Positions 24,993 to 38,504 of a stretch of DNA of 64,000 bases are shown here, in pieces. The notes beneath the pieces were generated by a model. It had not been told where the DNA came from and made no database searches. It was given only the letters and a program-made list of their open reading frames with translations. Source of the DNA: Bilabrum cf. latius (taxonomy: Eukaryota); assembly GCA_965178125.1 (NCBI GenBank), contig OZ237772.1, forward strand, positions 1 to 64,000, given 5' to 3'. The position numbers and the translations under genes are program-made. Positions within the stretch are counted from its first letter, which is position 1. Each line of letters opens with the position of its first letter.

Positions 24993-26398
24993 TATTTATT
25001 CATAAAACTTCTCTACTTACTACTTAACATATTATTGAGGACAAATGAGTAATTTTTAATTTCAATCGCATGCCGATTTCATGTTTACAAAGCGCTGCCG
25101 AAATTTTCAAAAAACAGAAGAAATATCGTTTAATCAAATTTCTTATATTAATAAGAAATAACTAAACCTTCCAAGATCACCTGGAAGCTCCTAAGCTACG
25201 CTTGGGTAAACTAAATGTTCATTGCGGGTCTCGTTGCTGTAGCTACCACTTCTTCCAACTGCCAATATTTCGAATTTAAGGCAATAGCAACCGAATACAG
25301 CGCAAGCAAATATCATCGTTTTCCTCGATGCAATACAATTTCTAGCTATTTTGCCCCAAGTGTGTCATGACCGGAATTTTGTATTATTGGGTACACAAAT
25401 CGCAAAAGTTCAGCATTTTCGACTGTTTTCTGAAACTTGATAAATCTTGCATCGATATGATTCAGCAAGATGGTATTTGTATCGAATATTGTTGTCCATC
25501 ATTTTCATACAGTTCAATCCAGTTTTGGATTCGTTCAAAAGCGATGATAACATGCTAATGGGTTCTTTTATGATACACTACAATCATTTCTCGCTACCAG
25601 ACTTCTCTCAATATACATATCCTAATGTTCTTTCCAAAGCATTCTTGTTTTGTTAACTCCTCATATTCGTAAAGCAAGCCAAGGCTTGCATAGTCGATAT
25701 GCAAACTAAAAATAATAACAAAAACTGCATGCAAAGAATGATATTGGTTGAACTACTGAGCAGATATCTAGCGTAAAAAAGAAAGTGAGGACCCCGCGTT
25801 TGTTAGCATTAATGTAGTGAAAAGGTGTTAGCTTGTAAGTTTACATCAACTTGTGGAAAGTCCCGGCCCCGCTGTCAGCCGATCCCAGATGGCAACTAGG
25901 TGTACGATACCAACCGACGCTGCGGCATCAACCGGGCAGTACCTGTCACGACAGGAGGCGCAACGGTCAAGTGCACTCCAAGCGGTACATTACGGTCGGC
26001 AAGCGAATACAGAAGCGAACGGGTTCGTGGCAGATGCGCTCCGTGCCTCCACCGGTGTCGGCCTTTGTATCAGTACCTGCGCCAACCCCATTGAACCGAT
26101 TCGCAGGCGGTGTTTAGGCATTCTTGTATGTGAGACATGTCGATAAAGCTTACTGCTATGTTGCCACCTATTCTTTGAGAAATGTGATGTCAACATTATA
26201 TCTTCAACAGGTGAACAACGATCAGACAAAATGATAAGAAGGGTATATAATTCCACATTAATTCCAACAAAAAGTAAATCATGATGGGAATTTACGATTT
26301 ATATAGGACATTCAACTAATACACTTGATGATCAATTAACTATCAGGTCGAAAAAAACTAAAAATCCTCGATAGATTGACCAATCCCCAATTAGAGTG

Positions 26399-27571
26399 TC
26401 AGCTGTTTGTAGGTGCTGTCATATTGACCGTATTGTATTCACAGTCCCACAGTGGAGTCGGAACGCAGCTGATGTACTTACACCAATGGCAATACTCCGT
26501 CACATCATGCTCCAAAGCCAAGGCTATGCACATTCCACCCAGTAAGAAAAAGTACACTGCGAGGCTTCCCCATGCTGCACAAATCTAACAAGAGGACCGC
26601 TCCTTTCCTCTCACAAGGCAAAAGCACCCCAGGAGAACGCCACCAACACAACCAAACGCATGTGCGAAATTATCAACGATTGGGACTAGACCCAATCCAA
26701 GGTTTACCACAGTTACGACCGCTAGCACAAAAAAATCTTTGAAACACCCCCCGGCGCCATATTCATGATCTGGACTTGAAATAGCAGAGAACCAGTTCTG
26801 GGCAAAATCTCCCCATTGTGAGCCGAGGATCCCAAACATTGCCCCAGAAGCACCGACCGTGATCTTGGTGGGCAGCAGCACCGCACTTGCCGCAATCGAC
26901 AGGATCCCTGAAGCCAAATATATCGGGGCGAACCGCACCCAAGAGGCATTGCGCTCAAGCTAGAACCCATGCTTGCAAAGAATCCAGGAGTTGCATCCAA
27001 GGTGTACGACGCCAACGTGCAAGAACAATGGGGTGATCAGTCTCCAATACTCCCTGTTGAGTACAATCAGTGGAGTATCCTTCGCGCCCGCAGCGACAAG
27101 AACATCTATCGGTGGTCCTATCATGGCATTATCCACCAAGGGGGCAGCCTTGAAATCAGCCAGGTAGCACTGAAACGTGAAGCCAGCGAGCATCCCGACA
27201 AACATCAGAATCCCGAACCATGGAATCGGCTGAAGTACCTGCTACTCGGCTGGGGGTGCCGTGGAGTCTGGACCAATCCTAGCTGGAGCAGCTGCGGGGG
27301 CTGTTGGACTTGTATCCTGGGAACCGTAGGTACTTCTTCTCTAGCCGAGAAGATGTGCTTGCTCCCCAGTCTCGTCTCCTGGTACGTAAATAGGCTCATG
27401 GGGCTGCTAGTTTGCCCATGAAATAGTAGCGCTCTGCACATTTTGCTAGTTCTGCCTGTCCTACACACCCCATTTTTTGGCAGCAAGATTCCCAATACGG
27501 TGGTTTGGTATTCTTGATAAAGGCGGGGACAAAGTTCCATCGGGTTCGGATTTCTGATAGCCCACCTCCAT
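26399..27571 (-). CDS. Rhomboid serine protease, copy 1
   Basis: EYWRLITPLFLHVGVVHL, GF[TAG]LER, VGASGA, DNFAHAFG, CHWCKYISCVP. About 7 in-frame TAG. Ends at TGA. Confidence 0.9.
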
Positions 27572-28466
27572 TGTGCCAGAGGTTCCAATATAGGCCTGCT
27601 CGAACGGGACTTGTGCTCAAAGGCAGCTCAAAGCAAGGCTTTTTTAGTGCAATACAGCGTTTGACCCTATAATTATGGGATGTAACAAAAACTTAGCAAA
27701 TGCCTCCACTGGATGCATGCACATTCACTCTTTGGTTTTGTCAATCACGGAAGCCGCTGTGTGTGGCTGCATTGCACTGCACACTCGCACAAAACCAACT
27801 GTAGAGACTAGTGCCGCATCCAACCCAAACATCCAAACGCACCTCTTGCTGGCTTAAGGGGGCTAGAAACGTCTTGTCGTTGTTCGCTGCCGGTGTGGCT
27901 GGGGTGGTGAGCCGAGTCTCTCATCATCGCTGCTCTGATCGCGGTTGGCCTGCCAGTCTCACCTTTCAAAGCGCCCATTGACACTTCTGATTATTATCTA
28001 TCACCCCCGCTCATTGTGGCTTCCATAACACCCCACAATTTAGCAGCAGGAGGCATTTTTGAAACTTGTTACACTTGCGACAGTTGTACAAAATGGCTCC
28101 GGGCGGATCCGAGCCGAGCGCGTGATAGCGTGCGCCAATCCTATTCTACGTTTGGCTAGTAATGGAGAATTTGAGAAATGCATTCTGAAACTGAACAGCC
28201 TAAAGGGCTTGTTTGTACCGCTGCCACACGTTGTACCACACGGCAGACCCGTAGAAGCGCCAAGACGCTTGTTGAGCCCGTAAGCTGGATGCACATCTTG
28301 CATTCAGACGATACCCGTGCTTCTCTCCAGCGATCACTCCCTACCGGCATCTGCCTTTGGTGTGGAGAACGGAGCATCTTTATAACTTGAAGTGTTTACT
28401 TGGCGCGCATAGGTAGACGGCCACCCACTCGCTGCACCGATCCGCCGAGCTGCCGCTGCTGCGCTG

Positions 28467-29804
28467 TCACAGCACACCGTCCACGCAACCCAGGCCAGGT
28501 TGGCCAGGAGCAACTTTGAATTTCTGGTGGCGGTACGTAGCTTGGGGGACGTGAAGCATTCGCTTAGGACCTAGCAGCATGGCCGCACCGAGAGTGCGAA
28601 TGGGAGCGTCGCCCCAGCGGTACTTCCACACTCCCCCGGCAACATCTACAAATTTGTACCACGTCTTGTACTCGTTGGATCGCAGCCAGTCGAGGTCCGC
28701 CATCTCGAAATTGTTGTATATGATTCTCCGGTTGAAGTCCCAATCCCTGTTCTGATCGTCCCACCACGTTATGTTCGCTTTGCCTTCGCAGCTGCCCGGT
28801 AGGCTGGTAGTTTTCGGCGGCACTTTGGCTAACGAAACCATCACGGACTGGTTCAAAGCCAGCATGTCCGTGTGGACGGCAGCGAACGCCGATGCCGTCT
28901 TCCACAGATCGGTCGCAAACTTCGGCGCCTCGCCAGAGATTGCACCGTATGCGTAGGGCAAACCGCTCTCCCTGAACCTGGTCAGCAAATCTGCCTCCGG
29001 CTTGCCCGTCGGCTACGCAGGTCTCCCTGCCCGGGCCGCAGCACGGCTCGGCCCTCTGCACCTCCCTTTGTCGAACGGGAGCCAGACGAGGTCATCGTCC
29101 AGACGCATGTACCACTTGAATGGGCGCATGGCCACGTGCTCGAAGAAATGCCCAGCGAAAAAATCGCACATGCCCTTGTACCCAACCTTACCAGCAGGTT
29201 CCTCCAGATTATGGCGCACGCTTGCGGGCGCAAGGGTTCGAATATCGACATTCGCGAACACTACGGGTGCTCGGACCGCCTCCGCCCCTGGTTCAGAACC
29301 GTTCCGAATACTTGCTGCTTGTCGCAGCTCTTCTTGCTGCAAATCTGTGAACTATGCGTCGTAGTCCTGGAAGATTACTATCGGGTGGGGGTGCACGGGC
29401 CACGAGATGCCGTCGCGGTCACACACGCCTTGTCCATAGAAGTTCGAAGAGAGCTGCCGCATAGTATTTTTCAGCAGCTTAAAAGTAGAACTTCTCGCCA
29501 AACATGCTATCACGGTCTTGTGCTGCGTTGCTCTTTGCCACTCCTCGCGATTCGCTGAGGAAGCCTCGAGGCACCATTGGCCATCTGGATCGATGCATGC
29601 TGGCCACTCCTCAGGGTGCTAGGTAACCACTTGCGTTACAGGCTCTAAAGCTCTCATTGATGTATGCCATCCGGAAAGTGGTCCCCCTTGTGTGCACAAA
29701 AGAGACCCGAAAACCAAACCGAGAGCGACGCCTGCAACACCAACAACCCCCCTGTGTGCAACGGAGGGTTTAAGAGAGGCGACACATCGAGCAACGAATT
29801 CCAT
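28467..29804 (-). CDS. GT15 (Kre2/Mnt1-like) alpha-1,2-mannosyltransferase, intact copy
   Basis: N-terminal TM, PIVIFQD, GYKGMCDFF, WYMRLDDD, YNNFEM, GGVWKYRWGDAPIRTLG. In-frame TAG at 29619, 29352 and 29013. Ends at TGA. Confidence 0.88.
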
Positions 29805-30426
29805 CAAGGATAAATTGCCCGTTGTGGAGGATACTCCCAAGAGATTCCCGACGGATGCGAGTGAGCCAACTAAATCCGATATAGGGTCAATCATTACCGA
29901 ACAATGTGTCGCGGAACCCCCAGACAGACCCCGCAAAAGGGGGTTGCCTACATAGGGGTGCCTACATGGGTGCCTACATGAAATTCACTAATATTTGTGC
30001 AAATGTAGGCACCCCCCTGTCTTGCTCTGCCCTCAGAGGACATCTCAAAGAAGGACGCGCAGAAATTGAATATTATTTATTTGTTTATTTCTATTATCTA
30101 CTTAAGATGCAAGTCAATACGGCGCTTTATCTTCAAAAAATTGTAGCGTTTAATTGTATGATCACGCGGCAGATCTGTATTGATCTACCTGGTTGCAGAT
30201 CAGCGGTCAGCCCCCGCTCCGCTACTCCAACTGCAACTTCGTCACCTGAACTCGAATCATCAGCCAACATAGACTCCTAGTCGGTGTCATCTTCAGCAGG
30301 ATATTTATCTGGTTTGTACGGTAGGTCTGCACAGCCAGTAAACATGTGCTGCAGCTTGCGAAGGCTCTCACGGTCGTAGGCCCCAACATCTACCAGTATT
30401 GCTTCGAGCACTGCGATCGGTGTCTC

Positions 30427-30740
30427 TCAATCGCATCTAAGCATGCCCTCAACAAGTCGCTAGTCATGCGAAAGCCCTGTCCTTCTGTCGTCCCTGCACG
30501 CTTTCAGTGCCGAGAAGAGCCGTTCCACCTCAGGGCTACACAGCGGCAGCATGAGAATGAGACGAGCCACATCAAAATGGCAACCTGCATATCGCTGCGG
30601 TTTTGATCAGTAATCACCGATCTCTTCTTCTTGTCGACCTGCGCTGCACCCTTGAGCGAAGCACCTGGCTTTGTCGATGCCTTGCTCACAGCAAGCAGAA
30701 GCCTCTCCGCCTCGATCCACATCCCGAACGCATCATCCTT
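30427..30740 (-). pseudogene. hAT transposase C-terminal dimerisation-domain remnant
   Basis: Frameshifted translation VARLILMLPLCSPEVERLFSALKACRDDRRTGL matches the hAT P..S...ERxFS...R..L motif. Confidence 0.65.
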
Positions 30741-30756
30741 GAATTACTCGCCCTTC

Positions 30757-32096
30757 AGGTGGTGTCGGGGGCTGCACTGACGAGTGGGCCCATCGGGCAT
30801 GCGAGGCCAGGACCCCGAGGCTGTCGTGAGCAGGGGCGGGCTGAAGGTGGTGTCGGGGGCTGCAGTGACGAATGGGCCCATCGGGCACGGGAGGCCAGGA
30901 CCCCGAGGCTGTCGTGAGCAGGGGCGGGCTGATGGTGGTGTCGGGGGCTGCAGTGACGAGTGGGCCCATCGGGCATGCGAGGCCAGGACCCCGAGGCTGT
31001 CGTGAGCAGGGGCGGGCTGAAGGTGGTGTCGGGGGCAGCAGTGACGAGTGGGCCCATCGGGCACGGGAGGCCAGGACCCCGAGGCTGTCGTGAGCAGGGG
31101 CGGGCTGAAGGTGGTGTCGGGGGCTGCAGTGACGAGTGGGCCCATCGGGCACGGGAGGCCAGGACCCCGAGGCTGTCGTGAGCAGGGGCGGGCTGAAGGT
31201 GGTGTCGGGGGCAGCAGTGACGAATGGGCCCATCGGGCACGGGAGGCCAGGACCCCGAGGCTGTCGTGAGCAGGGGCGGGCTGAAGGTGGTGTCGGGGGC
31301 TGCAGTGACGAGTGGGCCCATCGGGCCCATCGGGCATGGGAGGCCAGGACCCCGAGGCTGTCGTGAGCAGGGGCGGGCTGAAGGTGGTGTCGGGGGCAGC
31401 AGTGACGAATGGGCCCATCGGGCACGGGAGGCCAGGACCCCGAGGCTGTCGTGAGCAGGGGCGGGCTGATGGTGGTGTCGGGGGCTGCACTGACGAGTGG
31501 GCCCATCGGGCATGCGAGGCCAGGACCCCGAGGCTGTCGTGAGCAGGGGCGGGCTGAAGGTGGTGTCGGGGGCAGCAGTGACGAGTGGGCCCATCGGGCA
31601 CGGGAGGCCAGGACCCCGAGGCTGTCGTGAGCAGGGGCGGGCTGAAGGTGGTGTCGGGGGCTGCAGTGACGAGTGGGCCCATCGGGCACGGGAGGCCAGG
31701 ACCCCGAGGCTGTCGTGAGCAGGGGCGGGCTGATGGTGGTGTCGGGGGCTGCAGTGACGAGTGGGCCCATCGGGCATGGGAGGCCAGGCCCCCGAGGCTG
31801 TCGTGAGCAGGGGCGGGCTGAAGGTGGTGTCGGGGGCTGCAGTGACGAGTGGGCCCATCGGGCACGGGAGGCCAGGACCCCGAGGCTGTCGTGAGCAGGG
31901 GCGGGCTGATGGTGGTGTCGGGGGCTGCAATGACGAGTGGGCCCATCGGGCCCATCGGGCACGGGAGGCCAGGACCCCGAGGCTGTCGTGAGCAGGGGCG
32001 GGCTGAAGGTGGTGTCGGGGGCTGCAGTGACGAGTGGGCCCATCGGGCACGGGAGGCCAGGACCCCGAGGCTGTCGCGAGCAGGGGCGGGCTGAAG
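30757..32096 (-). repeat. 88-bp GC-rich satellite array, ~15 units
   Basis: Unit aggtggtgtcgggggctgcagtgacgagtgggcccatcgggc..., with occasional 9-bp duplications. It is the reverse complement of the 39.6-47.5 kb array. Confidence 0.97.
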
Positions 32097-32553
32097 CAGA
32101 CAGCGCGCAGCGTCTGTGTACGTGTTACAGACGTATTGCAATGATATAGCACCAGCATTACGTGTGTTGCGCCTCCATGGAGGGCTGGATGAACGTGTAC
32201 ACGCCTCGCTGTGCAACATCTGCATTGGACAAGGTCGAGGCTGCATGGCTTGGAAGTACTACGTTGCGCATGTAGCATACAGCGCGCAGCGTCTGTGTAC
32301 GTGTTGCAGATGTATTGCAATGATATAGCACCAGCAGTACGTGTGTTGCGCCTCCATGGAGGGCTGGATGAACGTGTACACGCCTCGCTGTGCAACATCT
32401 GCATTGGACAAGGTCGAGGCTGCATGGCTTGGAAGTACTACGTTGCGCATGTAGCAGACAGCGCGCAGCGTCTGTGTACGTGTTACAGACGCATTGCAAT
32501 GATATAGCACCAGTATTACGTGTGTTGCGCCTCCATGGAGGGTTGGATGAACG
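32096..32553. repeat. 179-bp tandem repeat, ~2.5 units
   Basis: acagcgcgcagcgtctgtgtacgtg recurs at about 32100, 32279 and 32458. Confidence 0.92.
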
Positions 32554-32706
32554 CATATGCATCCTACTGGCTTGTTGCCACCGCTTCGGTACTCAGTTGA
32601 TCATTTTCTCAATTCAAAATACCCTGCTATCTGCTGCATAGATCTTGAAATATGCTAAATAATGTTCAATGAGGCTACAACTCGAAGGGTGAATGTGCAG
32701 CAATCC

Positions 32707-33120
32707 TTAGTCTAGACTCTTCAGCATCTCGCGCAGCCTACCGGCCCACCCCCCAATAGCTTGATAGTGTCCTGCCGCATAATGCAACCCTACTAGGAGA
32801 CCATGCCCGTCGCCAAACATGTTCACTTTGCGTGCGCTTGAATTCCACACAATCACACCGCACGCAGCATATTTGGCCAGTGCCTGCACTTGAGCGGTGT
32901 CAGCCCACGTGCCGTTCAACTCATGCAGCTGGAAGAAGTGATCTAGATCTTGTGGCAAGACCATTGTACCATCCTGCAGCTGGATCTCGTCCTGCAGATT
33001 TAAATTTACTCAAGTACTGCTGGGGACCCACAACCGGATGGGAGGCGTCTGCACGCACTGCACAGTCTGCAGCGCAAGTGCAACTACACGAAATCGTGTT
33101 CCCCTGCAATATCAATAGCC
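32707..33120 (-). pseudogene. Degenerate OTU-like cysteine protease domain
   Basis: GTWADTAQVQALAKY...VIVW...LHYAAGHYQA resembles the OTU C-terminal half. The upstream part is disrupted. Confidence 0.5.
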
Positions 33121-34922
33121 ACATAAACCACCAAAACTGCTTATTAATACAATTTTGTATCATCTAACAAGCCCACAGCTGCTGGAAAGGCCTCCAAAGT
33201 TTCTGAGGTGACCAACAAAAGTGAAGGTTTATAAGGCAAATTTTGGTCTGGGATACTGCTTATAGGCGCCTTATAAATTTCTAAGCCCTGCTCTGCGCGG
33301 CCTGGTACCCGCGGCGCAACGACATTGCCAGGCCGGGCCCGGCAGTATACGCGACGCCGTCCAGCTCGATCCCGCTGGACCGGATGAATTCTTTCAGCTT
33401 TGTAACCGCTACAGGGAGGTTCTTGTCGTGCATCGTTGCGGCTACTGCAGGCACGATTCCCCCAAAAGGTGCATGCTCGAGATGCTGCGATGCTCGGTAT
33501 GACCACAGCGTCTACGACCTCGGCAGGGAAGTAAATGGAGGACTCGCACGCGGACCAGACGCTTTTATCTTATTTCTCGGGCTCCAAGGTTTTCCACGGA
33601 CAATGGCAGCGCAGCTGTCGTCACAAGATGCTTCAATAGCAGCCAACGAACATTACGTGCATGCTCCTTTGTCGCCATTGACACGCGCGTCCATGGCGTA
33701 ATAAGACGCATCAAAGCCGTTGAAGCAACGGCAACTCTCTTCATTTCGCCGGCACTGCGGGGTATGCTCGGTCCGGCTGCTTCCGTGATGCCCTCCTGCG
33801 AGCACTCGTAGCCTCAATATTTAGAAGTGCAGGCGCACATTGCATGCTCGCTGCGCCCGCATCGAATGCTCTTGACGCGCCAAAGAATTGTCCGCACTGA
33901 TGCTGCGTAGTACAGCAGTCGTGGCCCGCGGCTTGCGAATAATCATGATGGCCATACCAGGCAACACAACACAAATGCTACACAGTGTGGCGATGGTTTC
34001 CCACTACGCTATCATATTAGGGGGTGTTCTGACTGATGCTCCCCCGGGGGCCCTCGCGAGCCCGCGCGGGTCCGACCGGCTATCCCACAGGGGTGTGGTG
34101 GTCTGGCTTGCCTATTTGGATCGCCGAGGGAGGCCTACGAGTGCACTGCTATGGCATGCGGTCATGATGTGCGTTCTTGGTTGGTGTGGTGCGTGGGTGG
34201 GTATCTGCCGCAACTGCACTGAACACATGGATCGCCCATGTCTAGAGAGATGCTGAAGCCCCATGGTTCGTTGGTGAGGCCAGCAAGGTCTCTGAGATTG
34301 AGGTCGCGCGGTGGGCGCAGCACCCGCTCGAGGTGCAGGAGCAGATGCGACGTAGCGATGCGGAGGAGTGAGAGAGAGAGACAAAGAAAGCGGCTAGGGA
34401 TGCAGACCAGGAGCGGCGGCGACTCGGGGTGGGCGACGGATGGGAGGGGGGATGGTGAGGGTGGAGCAGAGAGAGAGGGCGAGGGATCGTGGGGGGGGGG
34501 GGGGGGGGGGGTGGGGGAGGGCGGAGCAGAGAGAGAAGGCGATAGATGGTCGGGGGGTCAAAGCAGGGAGGAGGGGGGGGGCGGCGGGTCACCAAGTGGG
34601 GAGGAAGTAGTGGAGGAGAAGATGAGTGGTGGGGTCATCGGGTTGATACGGCGGATAGAAAGGGGGAGGCATAGGCCGGGCAGGTGGGAGTTTGGGCATG
34701 TGGGGGACGAGTGACTCGGATCAGGGGGGATCGGATCACCCGACCACATGCAGATGTGGAAGTTGACAGGTCACAGTTAGACTCGAGTGGCAATCAAGCC
34801 GCGTGCTATTCGGGCGCTGAGGGGCAGAGCTCGCCAGTTTTTGCTTTATTAACCTCTTGCTCTAAGGGATAGGTACAGGCCTCGTATCTGCACCGACGTT
34901 GAATTCGTTCCCCAGATGTCAA

Positions 34923-37900
34923 TCAGCGGTCATCAGAAGAGGTGGATCGAGCGCACGCCACACGCATCATCCTCTCCGAGACACGCACTTCACCCACCTG
35001 CAAGCCCCCACGGACAAGACCACCATCCTACAGGGCTTCACATGCCTTTCTCCGTGCCAAAACCCGTTCCTATGCGACGCCAAGCATCCAATCTACCACT
35101 GAGAGCGGGTCCGTTGCCCAGTTCAAGTACTGTCCCGCTTGGTAGGAGGCCAACCTCATCTTCAAGTAGACGTCCGGCGGAACCTGTCTCAAGATGCACT
35201 CTAGCCTGCCAACAGAGTCTGGGGACGCCGGCAATCGAATCGTGAAAGCATCCCAGTTGATGAAATCGCTTCCCGGCAGCAGCTGATCCGAGCTCATCAC
35301 TACCACGGGCCGCCCAATCAAGGCCCCTTCCACCGGCCTGGGTGTCCATGAAGCCCAGCCCTGCGGCGCGATTAAGAACAGTGACCTTGCTGCCTCTTTC
35401 TTGTACGAATCGTGCGGTGACGCGGCAGTGATGTGCCCTGGTAGCCAGAACTACGGTGCGGGGGCATCCTTTTTGCTCACTCGCACGGCAGCGTCAGCCT
35501 GCCCTGGAGCGTGATCCAGCGCCTTGTACCACTGCAGGCACGACCGGCCCTAGTTCTCCTTGAACGAGTCCAAGCTGTCCGGCTTCTGGTCGTTGGCCTA
35601 ATCCCGTTTCTGGATCTACACAAACAGCGCGGCCTGCGAGGCATTCTAGCTGCTCGGTAGCGGTTTCCACGCTCGAACAAGCCCCGATCCACTGCTATTC
35701 TCGGGGGATCGCTTAGCCGAAACCTTACCTGTGTCCCAGACGAACTCATCGGGGCCGAATTTCCTCCTCATTGCCATGGAGCCGTAGACCGCGGCGAGAG
35801 CCATCCTGGTTCCATTGGAGTATCGCCTCGGCTTCTTGACTGTTCCTCCGAAGAGAGCCAGACGAATGCCCAAATGCTGCTTCGCTGCCTTGACCTCTAG
35901 GCTTCCAGTGTCTGACATGATTGCATCTGCAGTCACGCCGCCCCTCTTCAACGGATCGAACTTGCCCCCGTAGGGTTGCACGAGGTGCTAGGCAGAGTGG
36001 ATCAGTTGTGACCTTGGCGTTGACAAGTCCCTGAAAACTCCTTTAGCCGACACTGGGACAGGCTCGACCCCTGTCCTAAGCATCCATCGCTTGGTCATTC
36101 CTAGTTTGGCCACGGTTTGCGTCGTGGCTGCTGCCATGCTCGAAGTGTGGGGAAACCCCGCGTCGCTATCTCTATTCCAGTGCACGTACGGCGGCATGAC
36201 GAAGTCCCACGGGTCGTAGTACACGGTGGCCTTCGTTGCTACTTGGTGCTGCCTGTCCTTCTTCCACCAGTACGGCGCCTCCGGAGTACCCTTGAAGTCC
36301 GGCGCTAGCCCGCGGTGCTGCGCCAGTATCATGCCACCGAATCCAAGACCGGTAAGAGACTCGTTAAACACCCGCGGGCTTAAACTAAACAGCCGCGACC
36401 CTTGGTCGTGTGCGAAGACCATGAAATGATCGGCACCTCCGTGCCGCCTCCACTGAGGCGTGTCTCTGATGCGCTCCATCAGCGGCCCCAAGTACGTGTC
36501 CCCGACCAATCTCTGGCACTCGGTCATGACCGACCCTTGTTTCTGCAAGCAGTTGTGGAAGTGGCACTCCGTCGAATGCGGGACCACAAACAGTGTGGCC
36601 TCATCAGGGTCTGTTGTCAATGCAGGCTAGTGCAATACGGACGCTGCGAAGAGCAATTCGCTCTGGTACATGAATCGGTATCCACGCGCTTTGGGTGACG
36701 CCTAGACCATGGGTACGCACTGAGGATAGCCCTGCCTGGTGACCCACGGATGTTCGCACTTGCCCGCGCTCTTCCATGGGTTGCAATTGACCGCATCTCC
36801 CGAGCCGTACGCGGGGCCGAAAACAGGCACTCCCCCCACCTCCCCACTCGGCCATCCGTACACGTAAACCTTGGCCTTATCCATGAAAGACAGAGACGGT
36901 GGAGGTCGAAAGAGCGCAGCGGAGTCTTGCCGTGGGTACCGCAGCTTGTCCTGCTCGCACTCGCTGGTGACGCGCCCTAGCTCGCAATGCAGAGAATTGC
37001 GGGATGCCGCATCAGTAAGCACCTTTGACTGCCCTCCATTATCCCACGCATCGAGCTTCGCGGGGAGCCTATCCTGCTTGGTCGGGTCGCCGGGGCACAC
37101 GCTCGGCGGGGTGGGATCCTGGGATACTTTGACAGGGTCAATCTCTAACTTGCGAATGTCCGAGACGCCACCAGCTGCTGCAGCGGTCGACACGAAACCG
37201 GAACCGGTCACCAGCAAGGCGTCCATCTGTCCGAGGGCAAACCACTCTGCCACCATAATTCTCTCTTGCAACTCGAGATCGGCTGGCTCCCCTCTCGACT
37301 TGCCCACATGATACATCCCCTCCCACCTGCCAGAAACATTCAGCGTGCGAACAGCAGCGAGGTTGCGAGATTTCTCATCGATAACCAGGCGATTCACGGC
37401 TTCCTAGCCCCTTGCATGCGAATCAGCTGCCACAATCACTGCGGTCTCTTCGGCCGACCACCCGCGGTCCTCAACGATATGCATCACAGCTGCCGGCAGC
37501 CGCATCATTGCCGCACTTGCTACCGCAGGCTGTGTTCTCAAATCAAATTTGCTGCCTAGTCGCAGGTGCACTCCAATGTGCCGCTTGGTAATGAACAGCT
37601 CGGTTCTCGCACCTGCGCCTGGTTCAGCTAGTGATTCGGCTGGTGTCAAGGCCTCGTCCACAACGCGATGAACCAGCTCAGATACGGCATTTACAGGTCT
37701 GAAGAGCAATGCAGCCATAGACTACCATAGCTCCAAATGAAATCGGCAGCCACGCTCCTTCAAGCCAGTGAGCGCCTACCGGGCGAATAGCTCCCCCGCA
37801 GTTCGCTCCGGTGCTACGTCACTTTTCCCAGCCGCGGGCCAACTTATACTCGACGGCGGAATGCACAAACTGATTGGTATTTCCCAATGGAAGTTCCAGG

Positions 37901-38504
37901 TGACCCTGATATGTTGCTTACCCTTGACGATCTTGTCGTAGACGTCTCGAATCCAGTTGCACTTGCGGCCTTTTCTCGCACCAGTGTATCCGTTGATTTG
38001 GGCATCGAGCCAGTTGAAATCAGAAGTGACATCTTGGTTCTGCCACCGTTGCCGAACGTGATTCGGCGCTGTCCAGTTCAGTACAGGAGAGCTAGAAGCG
38101 CCAAGCAACGCCGGGCCAACGAACGACTCCAGGCGAGACGGCCAGGACTGCTCGATGTAAAATATCCTCCCCGTCATGGTACTGAGGAAGAAAGTTGACA
38201 TGATTCCTTTGATTCTGTCCCCAAAACCACTGCAAGGTCGCTCGCAAACCCAGGTCAAAGTGCTGGACGCCGGATTGTCTCTGGTGTCTCGATGAAGCCG
38301 CACGTAGTCCTCGAAGGGCCCACTGTACTCTGGTTTGGGTCCAGTTATAGATGATGATGCTTTGGGCGAGGCTACACGTGAGAGCTGTGAGCGCAAGCTA
38401 TCATTTGCCCGCCACACGATGGTAGCGAACACGGCCACTGAAACGAAAAGGGCGACCCCTGCCACCACGCGGACTCTAAAAATTCTATCCGCGGAGAATT
38501 TCAT
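34923..38504 (-). CDS. Type II membrane two-domain glycosyltransferase: fucosyltransferase-like domain + exostosin (GT47), ~1193 aa
   Basis: One frame with 13 TAG and no TAA/TGA until TGA 34923. SGFGDRIKG, IGVHLRLG and EWFALGQMD in the first domain; TTDPDEATLFVVP, HGGADHFMVFAHDQG and APQGWASWTPRPVEG in the second. Confidence 0.85.

Noticed and set aside
30025-33298. ctctgccc / ctctgcgc as a TSD delimiting a hAT element
   Set aside because: The left side lacks a TIR matching CAGGGCTTAG and the register is off by one base.
34370-34720. G-rich purine tract ORFs
   Set aside because: Low-complexity sequence with no recognisable protein. It has G-quadruplex potential but nothing further supports a function.
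1333-38504. Mass pseudogenisation or RIP-like C-to-T mutation as the cause of internal stops
   Set aside because: Breaks are exclusively TAG, with no CAA>TAA, CGA>TGA or frameshifts, and they affect essential genes with intact motifs.
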